Assembly (NCBI GenBank): GCA_964016885.1
Contig: OZ024746.1
Span: 19,778,001-19,842,000, forward strand
DNA: 64,000 nt
Reading direction: 5' to 3'
DNA from: Eledone cirrhosa
Taxonomy: Eukaryota
A model generated the notes under the pieces. It was not told the DNA's origin and did not search any database. It saw nothing but the letters and a program-made list of their open reading frames with translations. This document shows, in pieces, positions 20,263 through 34,200 of this stretch (positions are counted from its first letter, which is position 1; each line of letters starts with the position of its first letter). The position numbers were made by a program, and so were the translations under genes.

Positions 20263-23260
20263 TAACAACACACCAAAACAATTAAAACCATCCACTCTCG
20301 CCTCTACATTTTTGCTTAACGCCCAAGGCATCAGCCCTTCCACCAATACTCAAAAATGGAAGATCAAATTCCTGGAGGACTGGATTGATGTCCATCCAAA
20401 CCACATCCCTTTCTTCGTCCTCACTGAAACCCATCTCAGTAACCTCCACTTGGAAGCCGAGGTGAAAGTAGTGAAAAATTTCAAAACCATCCGTGCTGAT
20501 CGCGCTGGCAGAAGAAAGGGCGGAACTGCCATTTATGTCCATAATTCTTTCTCAACAGAGGCTATGAACATATTCACTAATGGATACTGTGAGGCAGTCA
20601 CTGTATTCAGTCAAACCAACAACCTATTAGTAGTTGGGCTCTATAGGCCACCCCAAACGCCTGTACCATGCTTCAAGGAATGCCTCAACAGCATAAAGTG
20701 TTTCATCCAAGAGTGTCACCCTGACAACATCTTAATGATGGGGGACTTCAACCTCCCCGGAGTTGACTGGTCCACAAACACCCTGCCACCAGGTTCTTCT
20801 GCCTCAACCTCTGACAGGGAAGCTGTGGAATCGCTTCTTGACTTCATGGATGATTTCTTCCTATCCCAACTAGTGCTCGAACCAACGAGGTGCCACAAAA
20901 ACGTCCTAGACTTAATTTTCAGCAATCACACTGACAATATCCACAATATTGCAGTGGAGAAAACTCTACTCTCTGATCATGACATGGTTCTCTGTGATCT
21001 GAGATTCCACCGTCCAATATACAAACCCAATGTCATCTCTCCTGTCCATCCGTTTGACGCTATGGATTTCCACAATGCAAACTGGGAAGCGATCAGTCAT
21101 GATCTTGCACATGTCGACTTGTCCTTCACGCACACTCATACACCCACTAACATCAAAAAGTCCTGGCAGACATTTGTGGACACTGTTACAAACATATGTG
21201 CTAAACACACCTCATTAAGAACTATAAACAAATCTAAGAGCAGAATCCCTAGAAATAGAAAAACGCTCATCAGAAAAATTAAGAGAACGAACAAAAAAAT
21301 CAACAAGCTGAAATACTGTCAGCAGCAACACATCAACTTGACTGCCATTTCATCACTAGAGATTAAAAATCATAACCTCCAAAACAACATAATGTCCCTC
21401 ATCAACAATCAGAGAAGAGCTGAAGAGGCCTGGGCCATTGAGAAGATCAAACTCAATCCCAAAGTGTTCTTTTCATTTGCAAAAAAACACAAAATCACTG
21501 GCTCTACTGTTGGCCCTCTAATTGATGAAAATGGCACTCTTCAAGACAATGCTAAAACCATGGGTGAGATACTGCAGAAACAATACTGCTCTGTTTTCAG
21601 CAATCCTGATATGGCCGATCTGGGCTGTATCGGCGATGTTGCTCCCCATTACACCTTATCGGACATAACGTTTGGCGCCCCTGATGTCTTGGCGGCAATA
21701 AAGGAAATCAAGCATAATTCAGCAGTAGGTCCCGATAGGTTCCCTGCTTGTGTCTTGAAGGCGTGTCAACACCAACTTGCTTCTCCTCTTGCCAATCTGT
21801 GGCGGAACTCACTGGATGCTGGATATGTGCCAGAAAACCTTCTATCCCAGTCTGTTGTCCCAGTTTTCAAAAAGGGAAACAAATCCCTTGCCGTGAATTA
21901 CCGTCCAATCTCACTCACCTCTCATATCATTAAGGTATTTGAGCGAGTGGTGAGATCGCGAATGACCCACTTCCTTGAGAGTAACAATATGCTGAACTCC
22001 AACCAGCATGGATTCCGTAATGGAAGGGATTGCCTGACGCAACTACTGCATCACTTTGATGACATTTTGAGAGCCTTGGGAGAGGGTTCCAACACTGATG
22101 TTATCTACCTTGATTTCAGCAAGGCCTTTGACAGGGTTGATCATAACATTCTACTGAGAAAGCTGTCCAATATTGGTGTCACTGGAAAGCTGCTGCAGTG
22201 GATCAAGAGCTTCCTGTCAAACAGAACCCAACATGTTGTAGTTGAGGGAGTCAAATCAAGCCCAGCCAAAGTCAGTAGTGGAGTCCCACAAGGCACTGTG
22301 TTGGGCCCACTTCTCTTCATCATCTATATTAATGACATCACTGACATCATCAAACACAGCAACATTAAAATTTTCGCTGATGATTCCAAGCTCCAAAAGG
22401 TCATCAATGGCGTGGATGACCGGATAAGCCTTCAGTCAGACCTACTGGCTGTTACCCAATGGGCAGAAAAGAACAACATGTTACTGAACGAAGACAAATT
22501 CGAACTGATCCACTTTGGAAAAGAGGATGCTCTGAAACTCCCGTACTCCCTTCCCTCCGGGGAAACTCTCGTGGCATCTAACAATATCAGAGACTTGGGA
22601 GTAACCGTGGACAGCAACATAAGCTGGACCACGCATATAAGTAGCAAAGTTGACATGGCCCGCAGAATGTGTTCCTGGATCCTCAGAACCTTCCAGTCGA
22701 GAGATTCCCGCACCATTATCCTTCTCTTCTCTACTTTCGCCCGACCACACCTTGAATACTGTTGTCCACTGTGGTCTCCCCACACGAAACAAAGTATCAT
22801 GAAACTTGAAGCTCCTCAAAGGGCAATCACGAAAAAGATAGATGGCATGTCAGACCTTGACTACTGGGGTCGATTGGAAAACCTGAAACTTTACTCACTC
22901 CAACGTCGCCGTGAGCGTTATATTATCTGCATGATGTGGAAAATGTTCCATCATCACTGCCCAAATGATGTTGGCATCGCCTTCAAGATACACCCAAGGC
23001 TTGGGCCCCGTGCTATCCGTCCCATTCAAAAATCTAAATCGCAACTCATAACAACAATACGGCACAATTATTTCACCTCAATCGGCCCTGCTCTCTTCAA
23101 CATCACACCAGGACACGTCAAAACAGAAACTGACCACACAAAATTCAAGAAGTCTTTGGACAAATTCCTCCAAGTAATCCCGGACAAACCACCCACACCC
23201 GGATATGTCTCCGCAAACAGTAATTCTCTTCTCGAATGGGCCATGGTGCCCAAATCCTGA
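20249..23260 (+). CDS. LINE ORF2-like endonuclease/reverse transcriptase, ~1003 aa from the nearest in-frame ATG (which lies in the flanking microsatellite)
   Basis: No stop or frameshift from 20141 to TGA at 23260; catalytic APE and RT residues present. Confidence 0.85.
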
Positions 23261-23346
23261 ATTGAAAGACTTCGCCAGGTGGTGCTATTAAGTTAGACAT
23301 GGCCTGGGCCAATACTGGTCAAAACATTTCAAAGTTATTCAAAGTT
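20262..23346 (+). mobile_element. Non-LTR retrotransposon (CR1/L2-group LINE), 5'-truncated but with an uninterrupted APE endonuclease + reverse transcriptase ORF and an intact 3' end
   Basis: Endonuclease motifs [34 protein letters not shown] motifs [41 protein letters not shown] short 3' UTR ends in a tandem (TTCAAAGTTA)2 tail. Both ends abut (TA)n. Confidence 0.95.
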
Positions 23347-24037
<691 letters not shown>

Positions 24038-24868
24038 CCAAGCTGTCAGAATTGTTAAACATCAGAAGACAGAATGCCTTGTGGTAATTGTTCCAGTTTT
24101 TTACCCTCAGAGTTCTTGTCAAGGTCAACTCTATCTTTCATCTTTTCGAAATTGATAAATAATGTTCTAAGAAATCTAGGATGGGGGAATTGGTGTGAAA
24201 TTGTTAAAACATCAGATGAGATTACTTGTGATATCTGTTTTGGTGATCTTTGAATTCAGGTTTCAAATTCGAACTCGGGAATGAAATCTCACCGAAGGCC
24301 AGGGTGAGGCACAGGGCCAAGATGGAGTATGGAAGCTACAATAGGTGAAGAGAGATTGCGGTCGTTTGCTACTGCAGTCGAATGATGATGATGATTAGTT
24401 ATTTGAGATTATAGCCATTCATTTTCCCAATTGAGTGGAAGAGGCATACGAATAATGACCCCACCCCCCGCCCACGCTTATTAAATTTTGCTAAACTATC
24501 TCCGGAGAAGTTTTATTGTCAGTGATTAATATTGATACAGCATGTGGAGAATCTAATGATAATTTCATTTTATATTAAAAAACATTATATATGACAAAAA
24601 AACATTACAAGAAATCCCATATTTACGAACGTTATACTATACAATTACCGATTTCCCAACACCTAAGTTTATTACCCCCTTATCAGAATTTAAACAAATA
24701 TCCAACCTCTTTCCACACTTATTTCACCCAACCCTTTTGGACCCGAGAGTAAATATATATAGTAGTTAATGACCTTCCATTTTGTTGTCTTAAATATTAT
24801 TAGTCTCGTTAGATAAAGATACGAGTGCGGACGCAAGGGAAATAACTCGTCATTGCCTGTAAAATAAT

Positions 24869-25092
24869 GGTTTCTGATTTAAGCACAAGGCCAACACATA
24901 TTGGGGAGGGGAAAGTCGATTAAATCGACTCCAGTGCGTTACTGGTATTTTATTTTATCGCTCCCATAAAGATGAAAGACAAAGCTAACCACGGCAGAAT
25001 TTAAACTTAGAATATAAAAGGCCATAAGTCTATAGTGCGAAGCATGTTGTTGTCCGACACTCTATGAATACTGATAATCCACCGCACTTCCT
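24869..25092 (-). mobile_element. Second tRNA-derived SINE family (~210 bp) with a 17-bp target-site duplication
   Basis: TSD ATTGCCTGTAAAATAAT at 24852-24868 and 25093-25109; family copies at ~640-790, 8905-9120, 30230-30450, 32215-32430, 47203-47412 and 49795-50020. Confidence 0.85.
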
Positions 25093-25137
25093 ATTGCCTG
25101 TAAAATAATAATAATGATAAAAAAAGAAAGGTCTTAC

Positions 25138-25239
25138 CTTTTCATCAAAGGTTGTAGCAGTTTGGTGAATAGAACCAAGAGATACGAAATATCCTTCCAA
25201 TAGTCCCATCAGTAAAATAAGGTAGAATCCATCATGAAA
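25138..25239 (-). CDS. PARVB: Parvin coding exon 11, CH2 (FHDGFYLILLMGLLEGYFVSLGSIHQTATTFDEK)
   Basis: CAG acceptor, GTAAGA donor, 102 nt, phase 0-0. Confidence 0.97.
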
Positions 25240-28113
25240 CTGTTAAAGGAAAATATATTCAATTTAATTCCACTTTGGTCAGAGATGGAAAATCAACACG
25301 CACACACACAACCACACACACACACAACCACAGACACACAAACATTTTATAAAAAAAGGATATCAAATTAAGGAAATGGTTGACACTGAAATTTAAATTT
25401 AAACCAATAAAAATATAGTGTTTTAATATTTTAACTTTTTCCAGCTGCTATCCAGTTCGATTATTGTTTAATTCTCAGCCAAGGTATGTGGCTTAGTGGT
25501 TAGAGCAGAGGATTCACACTCCTGAGGGTGTGAGTTCAATTCTCGGACCAGGTGATGCATTGTGTCCTTGAGGAAGATACTTTATTTTACGTTGCTCCAG
25601 TTTAATCAGCTGTAGAAATGAGTTGCGATGACACTGGTGCCAAGCTGTATCAGTCATTGCCTTCTTTCCCTTGAACAACATCAGTGACGTGGAGAGGGGA
25701 GACTGCTGGTTTTCCACAAAAACACCTTGTCTGGATTTGCACCTCGGAGGGAAATTTTCTAGGTGCAAATCCCATGGTCATTTGTGACTGAAGGGAGTCT
25801 TTACAATTCTCCCCCACATATGACTCATACTGGAAATACTTGAGTGAAAAATTGCTAAGCAGGGAATAACAGAAATTAATAGACAATTATTAAAAGGAAC
25901 AGATTTCCATTTTACCTGTTTATCCAGATCTGTAACTTCTAAGTTGACCTTTATCAGATGCTTGTTGACAAACGCTATCAGAGTCTGAAATAGAAAAAAA
26001 AGTAAAAAAGAGGTATATTATTGAAGAAAGCTATCATTAAATTAGGGTGACCAATTGGCAGAGTCGTTAGACCGTCAGATAGAATGATTTGAGGTATTTG
26101 TTCCAGTTCTCTGAGTTCCAATCTTGCTGTTAATTTATATTGCAAACACCAGATAAATGAGGAAATTAACTATTTTACTAAATCCCTTCAAATTCTTGAT
26201 TATTTCCATTGGGAATACAGTAATAAAAGGGTTAAACATAATTACCTTTTTAACAAGATTTAGCTTCTCAGGAGCATGATCCAAAAGAGTATCAAAGGCA
26301 TCACGGACTACAAAATGAAAAAAATTCAAAGTATAATTTTCCAATAGTTATCCCAGGGTTAGGCTAGACTATAGAAACAAAATATGCTACAGAAAACATT
26401 TGTCAAACTTATAAATCTTTTATTACTATATCCCCTAAAATTGCTCTTTACTGAGTGCATCATAGATTTATGTAAGAATCTATTTCTTCCCACTAGCACC
26501 AGATCCTATGAGGTTCAAAACAAATATCAACCAAATAACAGAGGTAAGAAACTCTCAGGAGAGCTGAACAGCAGAAGGTCTTTAGAGAGGGAATTCCTCA
26601 ACAAAGTATTTTGGCTCTTAACTTCTGGGCCAAAAAACTTCTCACCAAATCCTATGAAGTTCAAAACAAATATCAACCATGTAACACTCTATATAAAACA
26701 TCAAAAATTACTCTCTTGGGTGTTAGGCCTTATTCTTTGGTATATTTGAGATGTTGATTCCAAAATATGTGTTGGTAAGTGTTATTGCATCAAATACTTA
26801 TTTTTACAGTGATTATTAAATATAACGTGTATTACAGAAGAAACAATTGACATTATGAAATGATGTAGAGGTTTACACCTTCTATATATTATTTCTCAGA
26901 CTTAATCCCATCATAAATGTTCTATGTTTCCTTTCTTAAATAAGGTAACCATTTAAAAATAAGTTTCCTTCAATTACAAAATGAGTTTTCCTTCTTTGCC
27001 CACTTATTCTTGGAAGGGTCATGGGGGAAGGTCAGTCTTCAAACACTTCTTCCTGTCTCCAATTGATCCAACTGGATAGCCAAGCAAAACCAGTCAAGCT
27101 CATGGATGTTTTCCAACCATCTTGCTTGGGGTCTACCCCTGGGTCTCTTGCTGGTTGATTTAGGTTTTCCTGAGACATTCTAACCACGTGCCACAGCTCT
27201 ACCTTGAGCAACTCTCTGATCTCCGCGCTACAGACTCAATCAAGTAATATTACTCCAAAGACCTTTCAGAGGAACCCTATTTTGGCTGCTTGCATTCATG
27301 ATCGTGTTCTGTACCCATGTAGTTCTCATCTGTATGAGTTAGACAATAAATTTAAAAGTTCAACATATTTTGTCAATGTTGGGTATTGACAAAATAAGTT
27401 GCACTTGTAAATATATTATCTAACCTGTACTGATGAGAACAGCGTGGGTAGAAATATGTAACTGTGCAACATTGAAATATTACATTTGATTTTTCTTGTG
27501 CTACTCCAACAGAAAAGAAAGAAAAAAAGCTAAAGAAGTTTATCAAACAACAATTTGACAAATAATTATGGACACTTACCATGACCAATTCTGGCACCCA
27601 TGTCCCTGTAGAAAGAAAAAAATATATTTGAAAATATATACACAACATATTACTTTATTGAAGTATGGAAGATCTAAAACTCTTCAAGTGCAGAGTTGCA
27701 AAGTATATATATATATATTGGATGGCGCCTGATGAGAGGCATCATTCAAATGGCTTCTCCCCTATACAGTGGTGGCCATAACCAGACCCTGAAACATAAC
27801 GTTGTACATATATATTAAGTGTATGAAATTTTAATTATACTATATATATATATATATATATATAATTATACTATATATATTTAAATATATATAGTAATAA
27901 TAATAAATTTGAAGTAAGTAATTAGCTGAAACCACCTGAGCTTATGGTCAATTCTCTACTTCCCTATGTGTATGATTGCTTGAAAATTCAGTCAAATGTG
28001 AAACAAATAGGCACAGTCTATGTAATTTCAGTTTGAAATAAAATTTATAACCTACTCTATATATCCTTATATTAAGTTCTTCTGGATTATTTATACTGGT
28101 GTGTTTCTCTCTT

Positions 28114-28176
<63 letters not shown>

Positions 28177-28221
28177 CACATAAATGGGATCACATAAGTA
28201 TACATATAATCATGTGTATAT

Positions 28222-28255
<34 letters not shown>

Positions 28256-31200
28256 TCAGACACAGTACTATCTTATATTCTTGTATTTTGGGTGTGATTT
28301 TTTAACACTCTTAAATTCTGGATTAAAAGAATACATAGGTACTATATATAATCAGTACTGGAGTACTGAAACTTAGAAATACATATTTTTATTATTATAG
28401 ACTTGTGTATGTGTGCATGTATGTGCACACACATATACACACAACAGTGAAAGTGTTTACAAATAGTATGGCCTGTTTTTGTTTTTGGTTTTTAAGATAA
28501 GTTTTAGATTTTATCATTAGTCTATATGAAGAGAGAGCATGAAAATACAATGAATGGTTAAAAAGTGGCAGGTTTTGTCTGAGGTCTCTAGCCCTCAGCC
28601 ACAAGGATAGGATTTATTCATTCTGTATATAAAGATAGTTACCAATTTCAAATCATGAAATCAATACTTTCCAATCAATCTTTGTTAGAAATTCCTTGAA
28701 AATAAAATATGATGTAATAATAGTAAGAATACCTTCTTGCCTTACAGAGGAAGTGGTATAAATATGAGTTAGCATGCAATTCCTTTTTATCTGGAGTTTA
28801 TAAGACAGATAGACAGACAGACCAACAGATATATGTGGAGAGAGAGAGAGAGAGAAAGAGAGCGATTGATGAAAGAGAGAGAAAGATTGATAATAGAGAT
28901 TAACTGTTGAGAGAGAGAGAGAAAGAGATTGATTAGAGTAAAAGATTGGTGAGAGAGATATTGGTGTGAGAGAGATATTGGTGTGAGAGAGAGATTGAAG
29001 AAAGAGAGATATTAATGAGAAGTATATTGGTGAGAGAGATTGGTGAGAGAGAGATTGGTGAGAGAGAGATTGATGAGAGAGAGATTGGTGAGAGAGAGAT
29101 TGATGAGAGAGAGATTGGTGAGAGAGAAAATTATATTTGATTGTGAAATATTTTACTATTAATACAATTACTTCCAATATCAAAGTTATACCTCAAGATT
29201 AGGTGTAAAAATCATTGAGATTGGAATATATTTTCACAGATACTACAAGTTGATCTCAGAATGTTGAACCTCTCAATGGAGATGACAGAGTAATAGAGGA
29301 CTTCTCCAACTCATGCAAGTACGGAAAATGAGGATGATAATGATAACATACACACAGTGATGGCTCCCTGGTAAATTATTTCAGAAATAGATATCTCTAA
29401 TATATAGATTTTATCATTATACCAATAACCCAAGCTAATAAAACATGTTTTTAAAATATCCAGCTATTCTGATGAAAAGAGATGTTTACCAAGGAAAATT
29501 TTACAAGGAGGGAGGTTCTTTTATACAATCTGGTATCAAAAAAATGATACAGGTTAATAATTTTGCTTTCATCCAATCCAATCCAATCCAATCCAGGGCC
29601 TTCTAACTCCTGTTTGGTTTCAGTCATATAAGGGGTGTAGCTGTATTCACCACACTTGGCTAGTTGCTGGTTGGTGAGGTAATTTAACTCATAGTTGGGG
29701 TGGATGGCCATTGACTCTAAGGAGTTCATCTGCCCTTTTAACAGCTTTTGTTTTTTGTGATGCGGGAGTTCCACATCTGGTGAGGGAGTTGGTTTAGTTG
29801 TCGACCACTGGACCATGAAGTAGGTTGTACTGGGTTACATGGTACCAGTAGCAGACAGAAGCCTGATCTGACAATATTTGCTTACATATTCCAGTAAATT
29901 CAGTTAGAAATGAGAACAGATGTGAGGTAATGGTGATAAAGAGAGTAATTGGAGAGAACTGTTAAAATATATAGTTAAAGTTTGGAGCAAGACAGTATCA
30001 AAGGATGAGAAAATATACCAATTACTTAAGTAATTGATGACATAATCAAATAAATTGTCTTACCCATCATCTAGTTGTTCACTGAAATTGTATGTATATA
30101 TATTTTGTATTCAACAAATGAAATTGTACATATATTTTGTATTCAACAAATGGTTAAAATACTTTTTTTTAAATAATTTATATGTAATCCAATATCTCAA
30201 CCACTTTTAGTAATAATGTTTCCTTTATATATTGGTTTCTAATTTAGGAACATAGCCAACAATTTGCGGGGAAGGGAAAGTCGATTAAAGTTGTTTAGCT
30301 GAATTTGTCTCTATCAAAAAATATATACTGATTTTAGTTTCTAGAAATAATTGTTTCTACTTTTGGCACAAGGCCAGCAATTACCCAGTGCATTACTGGT
30401 ACTTTATTTTATCGACCGCGTAAGGATGAAAGGCAAAGTTAACCTCGTAGAAATAATGATTCTATAGTCGAAGATTTTATCGAAAGGTGGGGTGGGGGGT
30501 AAAGGGACATAACTCAAGTTAGCATTTCTTTTTATAAGTTGCTTCCCCTGATGATTTCTTATTTAGGCATAAGGCCAATAATCGTGAGTGATAAGAAAGT
30601 CAATTAAATCGACCGCAGCCCGTTACTGGTATTACTAATAATAAAAGTTAAGATGCAGGATGTATGTCAAGATCTTATGAGCTGCAACTAATGAGGACTC
30701 GAAACTACTGTTAAATCATGTATTAGTCAATTATGTGCTTATCATTGGTGAGAAAATCTTCTTGTTCATTATATACTTAACATCTTTAGAAGCTCAAATT
30801 TTGAATTTCACAATGATTAAATTCCTTTCCCATTACGTTCTGTGTTCAAATTCCACCAATGTTAGCTTTGTCTTTAAAGTCAAGTAGCTGCTGATTTTTC
30901 AATGAAATTAACTGCTGCAGGCATTAAACCAAACTAAATCGCTGAACAGATTTTACAGACAAAATCAGCCAAAAGGAGACCCAGGAATAGACCCTGAGCA
31001 AGATGGTTGGGTAAGATCCATGAGCTTGGCCGGTCTCGCTTGGGGATCCAACCGGATCAATTGGAGATGGTTGTTCCTGAGAAAACCTGCTGGAAGGAGT
31101 GTTTGAGGACTCTGTCCTCAATACCCTCCCAGGAATAAGTGCTCCTCCAAACTCATTAACATATAAACTTATGAGTCAGTATTCCAGCACATAAACAACC

Positions 31201-34200
31201 ATGTGGCTAACACTAACTAACAGCCCTTGTTTTATCTTTTACTACCATCTAAAATGAACAAAATCTTTTACAAACTTACTCATGGGAACTGGTAATTTCA
31301 ACTTTAACTTTCCTTGTATTCAGGGCTTTTCCACATTTCTAAAAGAAGCAAAGAAAAAAGAAAAAGGAACAAATGCTGAATGATTGTTGTATAATGTATA
31401 AAATCAAAACCAAAACAATCTATATTATTCTGACTATCACAATGTGTGTTCATGTGTTTACACTTCTAATGATCTTAACTATGGAATGAAATCAAAAACA
31501 TACAATTTTTAATATAATAGTTTCTGATTTAGGCACAAGGCTTTCTCCCACCTTAATACATGCCCATCCATAATAAAAAAAGCACCTCGTCCATCCCACC
31601 AAATAAAGTGGTAGTGTTGGCACCACAACAGAAAGCACCCAGTCCCCACTGTAGAGTTAAGTGGTAGTGCTGGTGTCACAAACAAAAAGCACCTAGTCCC
31701 CACCCCCCTGTTTTCCCTGTTAGAAAGGATTGGGTGGGTTGTTAGAAGCCAAGTCAATACTTAATCAGAAATATTGACATCTCAGACAGGTTAGGTAGCA
31801 CATCTTGCTTACATATGTTCTCAATCTGTACAGAGGGAACCAGGTGCATTTTATCATGGTACCAAGCCTAGAGAGGTTATCATTTCTTTAACACAACTGT
31901 TTAGTAAGTTTTCTACAGCTGGGTACCTTTCCTAACACCAACCACTTTACATAGCATACTTTGATCATGACACAAACACTAGGGAGATTGTTAGTCATTG
32001 AATCAATTGAGGAACCCTCTTTGTCCTGTGGGGAGGGTCAAAAGGATGATAAGTGCCATGGGTGAGTGAGAGAGAGAGGGGAGGAGGACTGTCATGGGTA
32101 AATGGCAGGTGCACATGGTATTCAAGGGTGTGATGTGATGGAGAGAATGGGTGATAAAGTATGACATGTGCAGCGAAGTTTGACAGCCAGCCAGTCCAAC
32201 ATTAAAAAATTAATCAAGGTTTCTGATTTAGGTACAAAGCCAACAATTTTGGAGAAGGGGAAAGTCAATAAAATCGACCTCAGTGTGTTACTGGTGCTTT
32301 ATTTTATCAACCCCGTAAGGATGAAAAACAAAGCTAACCGTGGCAGAATTTGAACTCAGAGTGCAAAGGGACGTAACTCTATGCAGCAAAGCATGTTGTT
32401 TGACGTTCTACTGACACTGACAATCCCCCCCACCCCATCCCATAAAAAATGAATAATGACAAACGTGATCGTGACCTCTGGAGTCACGCAGTAATACAGA
32501 GTACCCGACCTCCCATGGGTACAAGCTGAAGCATATAGACAATATGCCCCCACACCCCCCACCGCAAGGTGGTCGTGGAGGTGCCACAGCAAAAAAGCAC
32601 CCAGCCCACACTGTAAAGTGGACGTGTAGGCGCCACGAAAAAGCAGCCAGCACTCACTGTAAATGAGGTTGGTGTTAGGAAGGGCATCCAGCTGTAGAAA
32701 TCAAGCCAAATCAGTTCCTGTATGAGCAAGGCATGGTCAGCCGACCAGACACTGCCCACAACAGGTCAACCCGTCTAACCCATGCTAGCGTGGAAGAACG
32801 GATGTAAAACGGTGATGATGATGATGATGATATGGTTCTCCAACCTGACTTGGAAAGAGAATAGTAGCTCTGAATAAGAACTGACCAGAGTTGTAACAAT
32901 GTCCAACCCATGCAATCATGGAAAGAAGGAATGGGGATGATGATGATGATGATGACTTGTAAAAATAACTGTTTCTACTTTTGGCACAAGGCCAGCAATT
33001 ACCCAGTACATTACTGGTACTTTATTTTATCGACCCCCGTAAGGATGAAAGGCAAAGTTAATCTCGGCGGGATTTGAACTCTGTCCGTAAAGGAACATAA
33101 CTCTATGCTGGAAAGCATGGTGTCCGACCCTCTATCGATACTGCCAATCCACCGCCCGACTTGTAAAAACAATATTCTTTAGTTATTAACTTACTTGAAC
33201 AACTAGAACTGTAACACCAACGTTATCAGGAAGGCGGATGGGAGCGTGAAAGAATCGAGCCAATGCCACAAGTAGGTGAAGTATAGCAGCCAAATTCTTA
33301 GAGTGAATACCTTCAATGACAGATTACAACATTATAAAACAGTGACATTAAAAAGTTTCTCAAGTCAAATTTGTATAAATTTTTAGTTGATTCTTAATCT
33401 TTATAAAATAACTAGGCTGACAGATTGGCCAGCTATTTTTGTATTAAAATAGAATAAAGGTTCAATATGACCAGGGATATAGGGCCCAAGTTGTCAACCT
33501 CATCACTGTGGGCCCTGGAAACTGATCACTGATCTCAATCAGGTGAACAACAACATGACATAACAATAGTCTCATACACAAGAAGATCAAGGATATACTT
33601 TTCTTTGTCCATTTAGACTGATCTATGTTTTGCAAAAAAAATTCTCAATGATATCCTTATTCTTTTATATCTCATAAAAATATTTCTTTAATGTAGGACC
33701 ATCGGTAGACCATTGCCAAAAGCTTAAAACACCAAGAAAAAAACTTTAAACAACTTTTTACCAAATTGTTTTATGAATAAATGACTGATAAGTTTCAGAA
33801 AGCCAGCACAATGTGGTAAAAATATTTTTAAAAGGGCAAAGGATGACAAATAAAACAAAACAAAATAATGATTTTATCCAGTATATTTCAACATAATATT
33901 TCAGGGCTCTAACCCTCTTTTCAAATGTAATCGTTCATTTTTGTTTTGAACTATTTCCATTTCACATTTGAAAAGACGGTTATAGCCCCGAAATATTATG
34001 TTGAAATATACTGGGTAAAACATTACTTTGTTTTGTTTTATTTGTCATCCTTTACCCTTTATATATTTCTACCACATTGAACCAGCTTTCTGAAACTTAT
34101 CAGTCATTTATTACATATCTCACAATGACATGTAGAAACTAAAATGTTTTTAAAATCTTTCATTTGAAAATAAAAAAACAGCTTTTATACAATTATTCAT

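Noticed and set aside
19576-23346. Reading the two inverted 187-bp copies as TIRs or inverted LTRs of one element
   Set aside because: The left copy is separated from the ORF by 500 bp of microsatellite, overlaps coding sequence and differs by a base; independent 5'-truncated insertion is simpler, though twin priming is not excluded.
27728-27800. Isolated hammerhead-like cores (CTGATGAG..GAAAC here; similar at ~7498-7526, 30688-30706, 44098-44122)
   Set aside because: Core bases are mutated or stems I/II do not pair; at most decayed Penelope-like ends, not functional ribozymes.
28732-28790. Possible mutually exclusive parvin linker exon (IKRNCMLTHIYTTSS)
   Set aside because: Neither available donor gives the phase-2 end required, and a phase-2 start hits an immediate stop.
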